DNA from: Camelus ferus
Taxonomy: Eukaryota
Length of the DNA: 64,000 bases
Reading direction: 5' to 3'
Assembly (NCBI RefSeq): GCF_009834535.1
Contig: NC_045696.1
Coordinates: forward strand, 14,758,001 to 14,822,000
Below are positions 37,445-49,900 of this stretch, one piece after another; within the stretch, counting starts at the first letter, position 1; every line of letters begins with the position of its first letter. Below the pieces are notes generated by a model. That model worked only from the letters and a program-made list of their open reading frames with translations, did no database searches and was not told where the DNA came from. The position numbers and the translations under genes were made by a program.

Positions 37445-37693
37445 GGTTCTGGTTCAGAACATACTTCTGGAGTCAGACTGAATGAATTTGAAACTCCGCC
37501 CTGTCATTTACCTGCCTAATGACCATGGGTAAGTTACTAATCTTCTCTGGGGCTTAATTCCTCTTATGTGTAATGAAATAATAATTGTACTTTCCTCAAA
37601 GTGTTGCTAGGAGGATAAAATCAGTTGAAATTTATAAAGATTTTAACAACGCCTGGCATAAATGAAGTCTTGAAGAAATGTTTACTATTATTG
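37445..37693 (+). mobile_element. Near full-length MIR SINE
   Basis: ttctggagtcagactg...gaccatgggtaagttactaatcttctctggggcttaattcctc...gcctggcataaat...tactattatt. Confidence 0.88.
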
Positions 37694-37719
37694 CAACATA
37701 TAACCCAGAGGAATAGGCT

Positions 37720-37830
37720 GTAGCTATTTTACAGATAAGGAAACTGAAAAAGGTGTTATGCACACCCCAAGATAATGTAGATTTAAAGTTAACAGGCAAA
37801 GCCAGGAAAACTCAGAGCTTCTGGGCCAGA
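37720..37830 (-). mobile_element. MIR fragment, inverted relative to the upstream MIR
   Basis: attttacagataaggaaactga core. Confidence 0.7.
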
Positions 37831-37889
37831 TGATTTTGCCTTCATAGCCTCCATCTTTGTTGATCAAAATTTATTCATGGGTTTGTATT

Positions 37890-38363
37890 GAAACCTCCAG
37901 GGAAAGAAATAGTCGAAAGATAATAACTCTCTCAAGTGCAGAGAGTTCCACATAGTATCAACCCAAAGAACACTTTGAGGCACATAGTAATCAAATTGAC
38001 AAAAATTAAGGATAAGGATAAAATATTAAAATTAGCAAGAGAAAGGCAACAAATAGCACACAAGGGAACTCCTACAAGGTTATCAGCTGATCTTTCAGCA
38101 GAAACTCTACAGGCCAGAAGGGAATGGCATGATATATTTCAAGTGATGAAAAGGAAAAACTTACAACCAAGAATATTCTATCCAGCAAGACTCTCTTTCA
38201 GATTTGATGGAGAAATTGAAAGCTTCACAGATAAACAAAAGCTGAAAGATTTCAGCACCACAAAACCAGCTTTACAACAAATGTTAAAGGAACTTCTCTA
38301 GTCATCAGACCATAAGAAAATAAAACAAAAAGAAGAAAGAGGGGGAAAAAAAAGACCTACAAA
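37890..38363 (+). mobile_element. L1 ORF1 C-terminal fragment plus inter-ORF spacer
   Basis: ORF 37936-38301 QRVPHSINPKNTLRHIVIKL...RLSADLSAETLQARREWHDIF...YPARLSFRFDGEI...KELL* is the L1 ORF1p RRM end/CTD. Confidence 0.93.
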
Positions 38364-38620
38364 AGATTGCAGTCCCATATAAATTTTGGAATTGTTTGTT
38401 CTAGTTATGTGAAAAATGGCATGAATATTTTGCCAGGAGTTTCATTGGCTCTGTAGATTGCTTTGGGTAATATGGGCATTTTGATAATGTTCATTCTTCC
38501 AATCCAAGAGCATAAGATATCTTGTCATTTCTTTGTATTATCTTCAATTTTCTTCATCAATGTTTTACAGTTTTCAGAGTATAGGTAACTTCCTTCATTA
38601 AGTTTATTTCTAAATATATT
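38364..38620 (-). mobile_element. L1 ORF2 internal fragment
   Basis: Minus strand encodes ..[31 protein letters not shown]. Confidence 0.88.
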
Positions 38621-38679
38621 ATTATGCCAGTTATTAAATTCTGGTTTTAGAAGTGACAAGAAAAAAAAGTGAACGAAGG

Positions 38680-38860
38680 GCCACAAATGGCAAAATATCC
38701 TTCTTTCTTCTGGGTGAGTTGTATTCCATTATATGTATATGCTGCGTCTTCTTTATCCGTTCATCTATAGATATGCACTTAGGATGCTTCCATATCTTGA
38801 CAATTATGAACAGTGTTTCTGTTAATAACAGGGTGTACGTATCTTTTTGGATTAATTCTT
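38680..38860 (-). mobile_element. L1 ORF2 C-terminal/3' fragment
   Basis: gtattccattatatgtatatgctgcgtcttctttatccgttcatctatagat..cacttaggatgcttccatatcttg. Confidence 0.85.
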
Positions 38861-40589
38861 TTTTTGTGGTTGGCTTTATTCTTTTGATAACTATGTAAGT
38901 TTAAAAAGCTAAAGCTCTAAACGTTCTTAGGAACAATGAACAGTACATATATGTAAATTTTAAAAATATGTGCAGTGTATTGTGTACATATATATAGTAT
39001 ATGTACAGTCAAACTGTCACAATTCTACCTAATAAAACTGAAAAATGAAAAAAAAAAGATAATGAAAATCAAGACTAATTTAATTATGAAGTTAATTGTA
39101 CAATCATAAAATGTACAAATTTGTAGTTTGGCACAAAACACTCAAAAATCAATTTAATCAATATGGGTTCTTGAATGTGGTGTAGAATACATTCTACTAT
39201 GTTTTCAAAGCCTTTACATTCCAATGACAAGGTCTAAGTCAGCGTAGAACATGACATATGGCTCTGATTAGCACATGATAATGCAGAAAGGGAGTTAAGA
39301 GGAGCGGGCCATTGTTTTAATTTAGGAGAATCAATATTGGTATTAGGTTTTGAAGATTGAATAAACATAACATGAACAGGAAGAGGAAACAGCATGAATA
39401 TACGTTGGCTGCATACAGGGAGAATATAAAAATATAATGAAGACGTATAAAGGAACAGAGAGGAAGGAATAAGTTGAAAAAGAAGAGGGTAAAAGAGTAA
39501 TGGATGGAATTTAAAGAAATAAGAAGAGAAGCTTAGAGGAAGCAGGGAAGAACTATCTCTTGGAGCATTAATCCAAGTGGTTTTCTCAAATGACACACTA
39601 CCATTATTGTAGATGGTGTAGACATCGATTACCACTGCCTCTTGAAGAGATCATTAGCTAATGAAAGCCTCTTCCAAATTCTAGGGTTTCCATTGTATCT
39701 TAAGTTTTAGCTGTTCCTCCTTGAATGGGAACAACCACTGTAGTTTTCAGAAGGAAATATTTTCGTTGACCACAAGGATATTGGCTAAGGTAATAATGAA
39801 ACTTTGTGGCTTTTATATTTCTGCTGTCCACAAATAATATATAATGGGCTGGGTCAAGACTTTCCTTACCCTTTGGATATTGCTATAAAGCATCACTATT
39901 TTATAAAGCATCACTATTGCAATGTGAAGAAAAGGTGAGCAGATAATCACTGTCCCCTCTGGAAGTTGCATGCCTTAAGTATACATGGAATACCTAGATA
40001 TTGAATATATATTTTATTTTACTTAACAGAAAGAAAAAAAAACTGGCCCAAAACAACAAATAGTGAGAGCATGAAATCAGGAAATCATAAATGTACTGAT
40101 CTGACTTTGTTTTAGACAGTTTGCCATGGATGCAAGTTGTGGAAAACTCTGACTAAACTGGACTAACGTTACATTAAGGGGAGTTATTATCTCACATAAC
40201 ATGATCCCCAGGTAGACAGAAGCTCCAGCCATGGGAGGTGAAAGGTCAGCTCCCTTTCTCTCTAGTTCTCTTGGCTTTTTCTCCTCAACGTGTGGTCTTC
40301 AACTTCAAGACGATATCACTTTGGCTCCCACTGCTCCAAGCATCAATTACAGACATTCAATACCCAGAGGAAGAAAGGGGAATGTCTTTTCTTATGGGTG
40401 AGAAAATCTTACCTAATATGGTCCAGCTCACATATACTCAGATTTTTTTGGTCAGAACTAGCAAAGGAAATCTGACTAAATGACTGGCTTAGCCAAATCA
40501 GGACTCCATCTGCACCTTTCCTCCATACTTTAAAGCAGCCTAATATGTATAAATACATTTTCAACTAGGAAATATATGCCCAAATATGA

Positions 40590-40990
40590 TCATGGCCACC
40601 ATAAGCTCCTAGCTAAAGATTCCCCAGCCTTTCAGATAAGCTAGGTCTCATGGCTGTGGCTAACTTTGGGCTAATTTTTGATAAAATATATAGTATAAGT
40701 AATTTCTGGGAAGTTTTCCTAGAGTGGTTTACCCTTCTCCTATTATTTTCCTTCTTTCTGTTGGAAGACAGTGACATGATGGATGGAGTTGAAGCAGCCA
40801 TATTCGACCATGAGGTGAGAGTTGTGTGCTTAAGATTGTAAACAATAGATGTCTCCTATTTCCCTATTGATGTACAGTGTCCACACAAGCTGTGGACAGA
40901 TGGGACTTATGTGAGAGGAAAAATATAATTCTGCAATTTAGCTTATGTTACTTGGGGTTTTCTGTCATTGACTTCCAAGCCTAATGTTAA
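40590..40990 (+). mobile_element. MaLR LTR (MLT1J-like)
   Basis: gacatgatggatggagttgaagcagccatattcgaccatgagg...tatgtgagaggaaaaatataattct...ttggggttttctgtca. Confidence 0.7.
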
Positions 40991-41944
40991 TATTTGTGAA
41001 TATATCAAGGAGAAGCCAGGAGGTAAATGACTAGCTTCTGCTTGGAGAAAACAAATCTTTAGTACTTCTTGCAACTCACAGTTGAAAACTTTATTCACTA
41101 TACATACACTACACCATTTTTGGTCACTTTAATTTATTGTTAAAGTTAAAGCAATTCTTATGGGAAGGCAGTATTATCTTGAATAACATTTATTCCAGAA
41201 ATCAGTGATGCAATGCAAAACATTTTAAATTGTCACTTTATAAGGTCATCTTTTAAATTTGGGAAAATATCTGCTGTTTCTTACAAATGAAAACATTTTT
41301 AATCTCAATGCAGTTATGTAGTACATTGCACAAGAAACCTTTTTCTTGATAATTTCTTGATAATTTTAACACGCCTCTTCCCTGAATAGGCTCAGATGTT
41401 GATTCTGGTCTTGATTGCAACATAGTTTGCTTATCACTTAGAGCAAGCTATGTAGGTATTTGTTTTTTAGTTTAAGTATAAGCTAATAAATGGTTTAAAA
41501 TAGCTTAATAACTTAATTTTTACTCTATGAGCAATGATATAAGCATAGTAAATTCTTATTCCTTCAAAAATTTCAGATTGCTTTAAAAGAAAATTTTAAT
41601 TGTTTCTATATTATTCTTACATATACAACTCTGGTTATGTGATAATGTATTTCAAATATTGTGTTGTGGGGCAGTCACTCAGTACCTACTGTTATATTTA
41701 TGGAAAATTATGTCTTCTTTCTAAAATAAAATTTCATAAAATTCTCTGATTTAAATCAGTATGTTTTATTACTGTAACAGTTTTCAAGAAATGAGACAAA
41801 TAAATCACAATTTTCAAATGTGTGTCCAGTTGTATAAATGCTATTAAACAATCGTGAATCACTTGAAGGGATAAGTGGGGTACAACTAAACTAGCCAAAT
41901 TTAGCAAATAAAAAATCCTTTTTTAAATTTTATCAGGCAATCCT

Positions 41945-42090
41945 AGAGGGGAGGGACAATATAGGGCTAAGGGGAAAAAAGAGTTATTATAGGATTATAT
42001 GAAATAATGTGTGTGAAACCTTTGGAAATTGTAAAGCAGTATAGAATTTAAAGAATATTTTATTCAATTAAAACAAAAAACAAAAAGAAA
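41945..42090 (+). mobile_element. LINE-1/HAL1-type 3' end
   Basis: gttattataggattatatgaaataatgtgtgtgaaacctttggaaattgtaaagcagtatagaatttaaagaat plus A-rich tail. Confidence 0.55.
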
Positions 42091-43952
42091 TGAATTAGCT
42101 CTCATGGGGCCTTTAATTGTATGGAAAACACAGAATAGATTTTTATAAACACTAGTAAATATGATTGTAAATTGTCATAAATGCTTTGAAGAAAAACTAT
42201 GAATCAAATGAGCAATTAAAACATAAAGATTTGATCTAGAAGATGTCTAGGAATCATTCCTTAGAAATCTTCTTAGAGAGTGTCATTTATTCTGAGGTCA
42301 CTGTCATGAGTAGCATTGGTTAACCAAGAGGGGGACGAACAGTATTCAAGAAAGAGTCAAGAAACAACAGAGATGAAGTGAAATACTCTAATAGATTCTG
42401 GGGTTAAAGACATAAAAGAGCTCATGTAGATTTATTGTGGTGCATGAGCGTGGGGAAAATAGGCATTCACTTTTATACCACAAAAGTTGTATACACAGGC
42501 TTAGAGTTTTAAAAGAGAGGAAGTTTGGAGATACACATTACAAAGAATAATTATATTGAGCAACAGATCAAAAACAAGTATGTATATTTCTAAATTTTAG
42601 TACAAAATCTTTGACAAAACAATTTTAAAGCTTTTGGAAGCCTTGTGTTTATTCCTCTAGCTTTCCAGAGTAAAGCCTTAAGCAGAATCATACTGAGCCT
42701 GAAAAGTTAGGTCAGTCCAATCACCATGAGCAATAGAATGGATATTGCTAAATCTCTATCCCATTATTTGAGATGAGCTGTAACACATCCAGTAAATCAG
42801 ATAGTAGCTTGGTCTCTTTGATCCCTCCATGTTTCCCAAAGCCAAGGCTGCATGATATGATGTAACCGTTTAGTCTAGGTTCAGATATGTGTGACACTTC
42901 TCTATACAGTAGCAAACTAATATGTTTGAGGAAATAAACAATTGCATGGGTGGCCCATCTGCATGTTAAAACTGGAATTAATATCCCCAGAGTTCTTTGA
43001 AGCTCTGACTTTAATAGCATAAACAAACAAGGGAAGACATCAGTGGTTGCAACCAGTAAAACATAATGTAACTTAAAAATGACCAAAGAAAGTTAAGCTG
43101 TTTCAATGCATATGCAATGAAAATAAACACATGAAATTAAGTGAGCAAAAGCAGCCAGATAAATGTCTTTTTATAATGGTTTATTATCAAATACAGTCAA
43201 CACATACTTACACATAAATTCATAGACATACAGACACACGTATGCACACATACATGTACAAGCAGCATTTTTAGCTGAGACTTGGAACAGTCCTGGGTGT
43301 GACCCCCTCAAGGAGAGGAGAATTGTGCAGCATGGAGGATGGAAAAGTTTAGAATTAGATTGGCTCATGGATTGGGTCACGGCTCTGTTAGAGGTTATTA
43401 GTTTAAAGTTTAGTACAACAAGTATTGCTCAGGGTAGCTAACTTTAGCAGGCATGAAGTTCCAATTTAGCGAGAGGCTCTTCAAACAGACAGTGGTATCT
43501 GTAAGTTGATTTTCCACACAATCAGACCATACCAGGGATAATTATCATACCAGGTAGCAGAATGCTAACTACCAGATGGACATACAGGATCAGAACTTTA
43601 TTACTAGGAGGAAACCAGAAAGAATAAGATGCTTTGACTCAGGCTTAAAGTAACCAACGGAAGACCAGGGAGCAGAAGTACGATGTGAGGTGCAGATGTT
43701 GTCTCTGGAAATAGCATTAATACAAGTATTAGAATATAGCAAAAGGTAAGGTTACAGGACCACCAAAAATAGGGGCTAAGTTTGAGTTCTTCATTTTCCT
43801 CCTGAATGGCCATAGCATGGAGAGAACCAAGGCTATAAATGGAAGTTCCACTGCTCAGCTGTGGATGAAAAACTTTACAGAGAATGGATGTAAATATGGA
43901 TGGAAGTAGTAGCTTATATTCAAGTGAACAGAAACTAAAATAAAAAGATATG

Positions 43953-44205
43953 AGAGATAAATTGGGAGCTCAAGATTTGCAGATATACATATATATATAT
44001 ATATACACAAACACACACACAATAAATGACAAGTTCATGCTGTATAGCACAGGGAACTGTTTTCAATATTTTGTAGTAACTTATGGTGAAAAAGAATATG
44101 AAAATGAATATATATATATGTTCATATATGACTGAAGCACTATGCTATACACTAGAAATTGACATAAAATTGCAAATTGACTATACATCAATAAAAATAT
44201 CTATA
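43953..44205 (+). mobile_element. Young L1 3' UTR fragment
   Basis: gataaattgggagctcaagatttgcagat...ctgtatagcacagggaact...gactatacatcaataaaaa; approximate TSD aaaa(g)gatatg. Confidence 0.88.
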
Positions 44206-44250
44206 AGAAAAAGGATATGGTTAGTTTATTCATTAATCAATCTTCATAGA

Positions 44251-46600
44251 AGCAATAAAAAAACCTCCCTACAAATAAAAGTCCAGGACCGGAAGGCTTC
44301 ACTGGGGAATTCTACCAAAACATACAAAGAAGAACTCATGCCAGTACTTATCAAACTCTTCCAGAAGATTGAAAAGGAGGGAATACTCCCAAACTCATTC
44401 TATGAAGCCACCATCACCCTGATACCAAAACTAGGCAAAGACACTACCAAAAAAGAGAATTATAGGCCAATATCACTGATGAACATAGATGAAAAAATCC
44501 TCACCAAAATATTAGCAAATAGAATCCAGCAGCACATAAAAAAGATTACACATCATGATCAAGTAGGGTTCATCCCAGGGACACAAGGGTGGTTCAGCAT
44601 ATGCAAATCAATCAGTGTAATACATCACATCAACAAGAGAGAGGACAAAAATCACATGATCATCTCAATAGATGCAGAAAAAGCATTTGATAAAATTCAA
44701 CACCCGTTTATGATAAAAACTCTCACAAAAGTGGGTATAGAGGGAACATATCTCAACATAATGAAAGCTATATATGACAAACCTACAGCCAGCATAGTAC
44801 TCAATAGTGAAAAACTCAAAAGCTTCCCACTAAAATCTGGGACAAGACAAGAATACCCACAATCACCACTCCTCTTCAACATAGTCTTGGAAGTTCTAGC
44901 CACAGCAGTCAGGCAAGAGAGAGAAATCAAAGAGATCCAAATTGGAAAAGAAGAGGTAAAAGTGTCACCATATGCCAATGACATGTTACTATATATAGAA
45001 AACCCTAAAAGGTCCACACAAAAACTACTAGAGCTGATTGAAGAATTCAGCAAGGTAGCAGGTTACAAGATTAATGTTCAAAAATCAGTTGCATTTCTTT
45101 ACACTAACGATAAATCAACAGAAGAAGAAAGTAAAGAAACAATCCCCTTTAAAGTAGCACCCAAAGTAATAAAATATCTGGGAATAAATCTAACCAAGGA
45201 GGTGAAAGAATTATACACAGAAAACTATAAACCATTGAGGAAGGAAATTAAAGAAGACTTTAAAAAATGGAAAGATAGCCCATGCTCCTGGATTGGAAGA
45301 ATCAATATTGTTAAAATGGTCACACTGCCCAAGGCAATCTACAGATTTAATGCAATCCCTATCAAATTACCCAGGACATATTTCACAGAACTAGAACAAA
45401 TCATAATAAAATTTATATGGAACCATCAAAGACCTAGAATTGCCAAAGCATTACTGAAGAGAAAGAAAGAGGCTGGAGGGATAACTCTCCCAGACTTCAG
45501 ACAACGCTACAGAGCTACAGTCATCAAGACAGCATGGTACTGGTACAAAAACAGACATATAGACCAATGGAACAGAACAGAGAGCCCAGAAATGAACCCA
45601 CAAACTTTTGGTCAACTAATCTTTAACAAAGGAGGCAAGAATATACAATGGAATAAAGACAGTCTCTTCAGCGAATAGTGTTGGGAAAACTGGACAGCAG
45701 CATGTAAATCAGTGAAGCTAGAACACTTCCTTACACCACACACAAAAATCAACTCAAAATAGATCAAAGACTTAAACATAAGACAAGATACAATAAACCT
45801 CCTTGAAGAAAATATAGGCAAAACATTATCTGACATAAATCTCAGAAATGTTCTCCTAGGACAGTCTACTCAAGCAATAGAAATAAAAGAAAGAATCAAC
45901 AAATGGGACCTAATGAAACCTACAAGCTTCTGCACAGCAAAGGAAACCATAAGTAAAACAAAAAGACAACCTACGGAATGGGAGAAAATTTTTGCAAGTG
46001 AAACCGACAAAGGCTTGATCTCCAGAATATATAAGCAGCTCATATGACTTAATAAGAAAAAAACAAACAACCCAATCCAAAAATGGGCAGAAGACCTAAA
46101 CAAGCAATTCTCCAAGGTAGACATACAAATGATCAATAGGCACATGAAAAAATGCTCAGTATCACTAATTATCAGAGAAATGCAAATCAAAACTAGAAAG
46201 AGGTATCACCTCACACCAGTCAGAATGGCTGTCATTCAAAAGCCCACAAATGGCAAATGCTGGAGAGGCTGTGGAGAAAAGGGAACCCTCCTACACTGCT
46301 GGTGGGAATGCAGTTTGGTGCAGCCACTGTGCAAAACAGTATGGAGATTCTTCAAAAGACTAGGAATAGACTTACCATATGACCCAGGAATCCCACTCCT
46401 GGGCATATATCCAGAATTAACCCTACTTCAAAGACACCCGCACCCCAATGTTCATAGTAGCACTATTTACAATAGCCAAGACATGGAGACAGCCTAAATG
46501 TCTATCAACAGATGACTGGATAAAGAAGTAGTGGTATATTTATACAATGGAATACTATTCAGCCATAAAAACCGAAAACATAACACCATTTGCAGCAACA
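44251..46600 (+). pseudogene. L1 ORF2p (reverse transcriptase) pseudogene
   Basis: Residues 80-531 of ORF 44083-45678 are L1 ORF2 ([29 protein letters not shown]); frameshift near 44318; YADD to YAND at 44971-44982; TAG at 45676 and further lesions downstream; endonuclease domain absent. Confidence 0.95.
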
Positions 46601-46993
46601 TTCTAAGTGAAGTAAGCCAGAAAGAGAAAGAAAAATACCATACGAGATCACTCATATGTGGAATCTAAAAAAACAAAACAAAACAAAACATAGATACAAA
46701 ACAGAAACTGACTCATAGACATAGAATACAAACTTGTGGTTGCCAAGGGGGCGGGGGGTGGGAAGGGACAGACTGGGATTTCAAAATGTAGAATAGATAA
46801 ACAAGATTATACTGTATACCACAGGGAAATATATACAAGATCTTGTGGTAGTTCACAGTGAAAAAAAATGTGACAATAAATATATGTATGTTCACGTATA
46901 ACAGAAAAATTGTGCTCTACACTGGAAATTGACACAACATTGTAAAATGACTATAACTCAATAAAAAATGTTAAAAATAAATAAATAAATAAA
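44251..46993 (+). mobile_element. Young 5'-truncated LINE-1 (2.7 kb)
   Basis: ORF2 RT and C-terminal Cys-rich ([18 protein letters not shown]) coding remnants, 3' UTR, (aaat)n tail; perfect 17-bp TSD taatcaatcttcataga at 44234-44250 and 46994-47010. Confidence 0.97.
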
Positions 46994-49900
46994 TAATCAA
47001 TCTTCATAGATCAATAATAAAGACACAGATATGCATATAAATATACAGATACCTTCTTTTATATTTTAAGCTATTTGATTAAATGGAAATCATTTATTAT
47101 AGTCTCCCAGGTATTAACTGCTATTTTTATGTCACTAATGTTGAAAATGTCTGTAACAATACTTTTCAATTGGCATGAGTCATGTTCTTTTTGGCTCCAC
47201 ATTTGATGCCAGTGTTCCTTTGACACGGGCACACGATTGGAGTCCCAGTTAATATCACTTGGTATTGAGGGAGTCTTTAAATGGGGTGTACATGTGAATA
47301 TTGTGCAGGCAGAAAAATAAAAGAATGCATCATACCTCTGGCCCAGACTTATGTTCTAAATAGTTTTGAATTTTTTTTGTAGGTAATCATCAACTTTTAA
47401 GAAAAATCAGTTTTTATCTTCATTTTTGCAGCAGATAATACACATTCATTAAACCCCTCCTGGACATCTTTTCAATTGGGTGGGTCATATGACTTAGTAG
47501 TGGCCAAGGGGTAGTCAACAAATGACTAGAAACAAAGTATGATGCTCACAGATCCATTAATATTCCCAAGCAGTCCCACATGTGTGTTTCTGTCTGCCAA
47601 CAGACCAAAAGCACAGCAAGGATACAGAGCAAAGGGTGAAAGGAAACTCAAACCCTAAATTACCACTTAGAGAGAAGACTCTCAGAGGAGTTGTTAAACC
47701 TCAGGCATTAGCTCAGTGTTGAACCACTGTATAAACAAGAAAGGATCTTTTATCTTGTCAAGCCATTGGAATATCAGGGTTACTCAGTCTATCCTTACTT
47801 CTAAAAGTCTTAAACTTTATTATTATCTAAACCTAAGTAGACAAAAGATTTTAAATGCTGTTATAAAAACTTTAATAACACTAAAGGATGTAAAAGCAAG
47901 CAAGTCGTATGGTCCTTTAGTGATCTATATTTAAATGTCTAAACACTGAGCTTTGTGTGGAGAACACCACAAAAACATTACAAGAGTGAGTGAACCTAAA
48001 ATGTTTATTACATCTAAATTCTCAGCAAATATACTGTCTTTAATTTTTCTTTAATGAGAACAAATGTATCCCTTTGTATTTGAAAGGCAGTTTTTAAATA
48101 AAAGTTTTTTGTTATAATATAGGAAGACATCAATTATGGCAAATAAAGTAGCTATAAATTCTAAATGTCCAAGGAAGCAATGTCTTTCAAGTTACAAATT
48201 GAAAAAAAATATAGCATGTAAAAATTTGTTAGCTAATACAATGTCAAAAAGCAACACATGAAAGACAAAGGATTAAAATCACCAATAAAATTCTTTCTGT
48301 AAATGGTTAAGAGACACAATGAATGGAAAGTTAGGGAAATGATGTTTATCACAGCAAATGAAAGGCAAAAACCTCAAATGTATGAAAACAAAATTTCAAA
48401 GGTAGCCGAAGAATGAATTGGAAAATGAGATACCATTTTAGTTTGCCATCTATGTCATGTGGAGGCAGGCTCCTCATGTATATTAATAAGTAAATAAAAA
48501 TGAACATACAGAGAGAAGTGAGAAATAGAATCCTCTTTGTAAAACATAACACAAAACAAACAAGTGAAAACATGTCCAAGTGTATGTGTGTGTGTGTATG
48601 CATGTGCGTAGGTATATGTGTATTCATCCCATGGTCCTTCAGGGTCCTGTATGTTCCCAGTAGTATTGGAATGCCTCAGTGAAACAAAAGAATAAGAAAA
48701 AAAACACTGAATCTGACAAGCTGAGAGGAAGTGGAATAACAATAAAAATAATGAAGGTAAAATGTAGAGGCGATTGGAAAGAATCATGTGCTGTGGAAAG
48801 GACACAGAGTAGCCTAACAGGGTTGTAAATTTGGAGGGCGGGTAAGTCACTATTTTGAATGAAGTGATGAGGATTCATTTCAGGTCACAGTCCCTAGAGG
48901 GGTGGGGCCCCCTAAGACACTGAGAAACAGGCAATGAAAGCCAGATCAATAAAGATATGAAAGCTTGTCATAGGCACAGATCACTTAAAATGAAGATTCT
49001 GGATCCTTCCTTAGTAATAAAGCAATGACTGTATATTTCAAGAAACTGCTTGCTCAAGAGCCCTTAAAATAACTGAAGACTCTCAGAAACAATTAAAATT
49101 AGCAAGAATAACTAGAATCTGTAAATTTTATTTTTGGAAATATGGATAAAAAAATGAGAATTATTAAAATATTACAAAATGGTAAATTTTTATTTGTTTA
49201 ATTTTGCTGTACTGATTTTTAATTTGTCCATTTATGTTGAACAGTTTCAATTGTCCTTTTATTTAAATAGGAATAGATGATAGCCATTATCTAAAGTTAA
49301 CTACATTTTATATCAAAACCTTTGGAATAAAATTTCATCTTTCCTCTTACTGAGGAAATGAAACAGATAAGTTAAAAGGTCAATGGAACATAATATAGGA
49401 AAGTAAATAGGTTAAAATATTCAAGTTTTAAGTAAAAAAAAATCCAACTCAAAGTAATTTAGCCCTTAAGAACATATGTTGTCTTACTTAACGTCAAAGT
49501 CCAGTTAGGTCAGGCTTCAGGCAGGGTTTGATCAGAGCTCTTGTGTTTTTCTCCCATTTCTTTCTCAGTATTTCTCTTCTTATCAGGTTGAATTTGGCCC
49601 CAGCTCTGCTTCTCTCTGGGAAGCAAAATGGTTGAAGTAGGTGTGTAATTTTTAACTGTAAATTCCAAACACTGCCAGAAGGAAGAGTTCCATTTCCACA
49701 ACTTGACTTCAGTCTGATTGACAAACCTCAAGACTCCTACATGGTAGGGGGTTGTCAAATGGACAGCAAAAAGTCAACCAACTGTGCCCAATAAAATCAC
49801 CATCAGAAGCAGTAAATAACAAAAGCAATGTTGTGGGAAACACAAATTAAAGAGAAGAAAGACCAGAGAAACTCTTCCAGAGAACAGAAGGAATTAATTG

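Noticed and set aside
39884..39918. 18-bp tandem duplication (tataaagcatcactatt x2); similar ones at 11395-11432 and ~41342-41365
   Set aside because: Ordinary slippage micro-duplications with no inserted sequence or functional context.
43250..43900. Possible processed pseudogene or old LTR
   Set aside because: No translatable similarity found; probably a very old LTR, but I could not support a family or boundaries.
44083..45678. Functional 531-aa reverse transcriptase gene or novel RT system
   Set aside because: Part of a 5'-truncated L1 with TSD; no endonuclease domain, catalytic Asp mutated, N-terminus derived from unrelated UTR.
44697..46190. Antisense ORFs of 118, 74 and 106 aa
   Set aside because: Shadow ORFs on the reverse strand of L1 ORF2.
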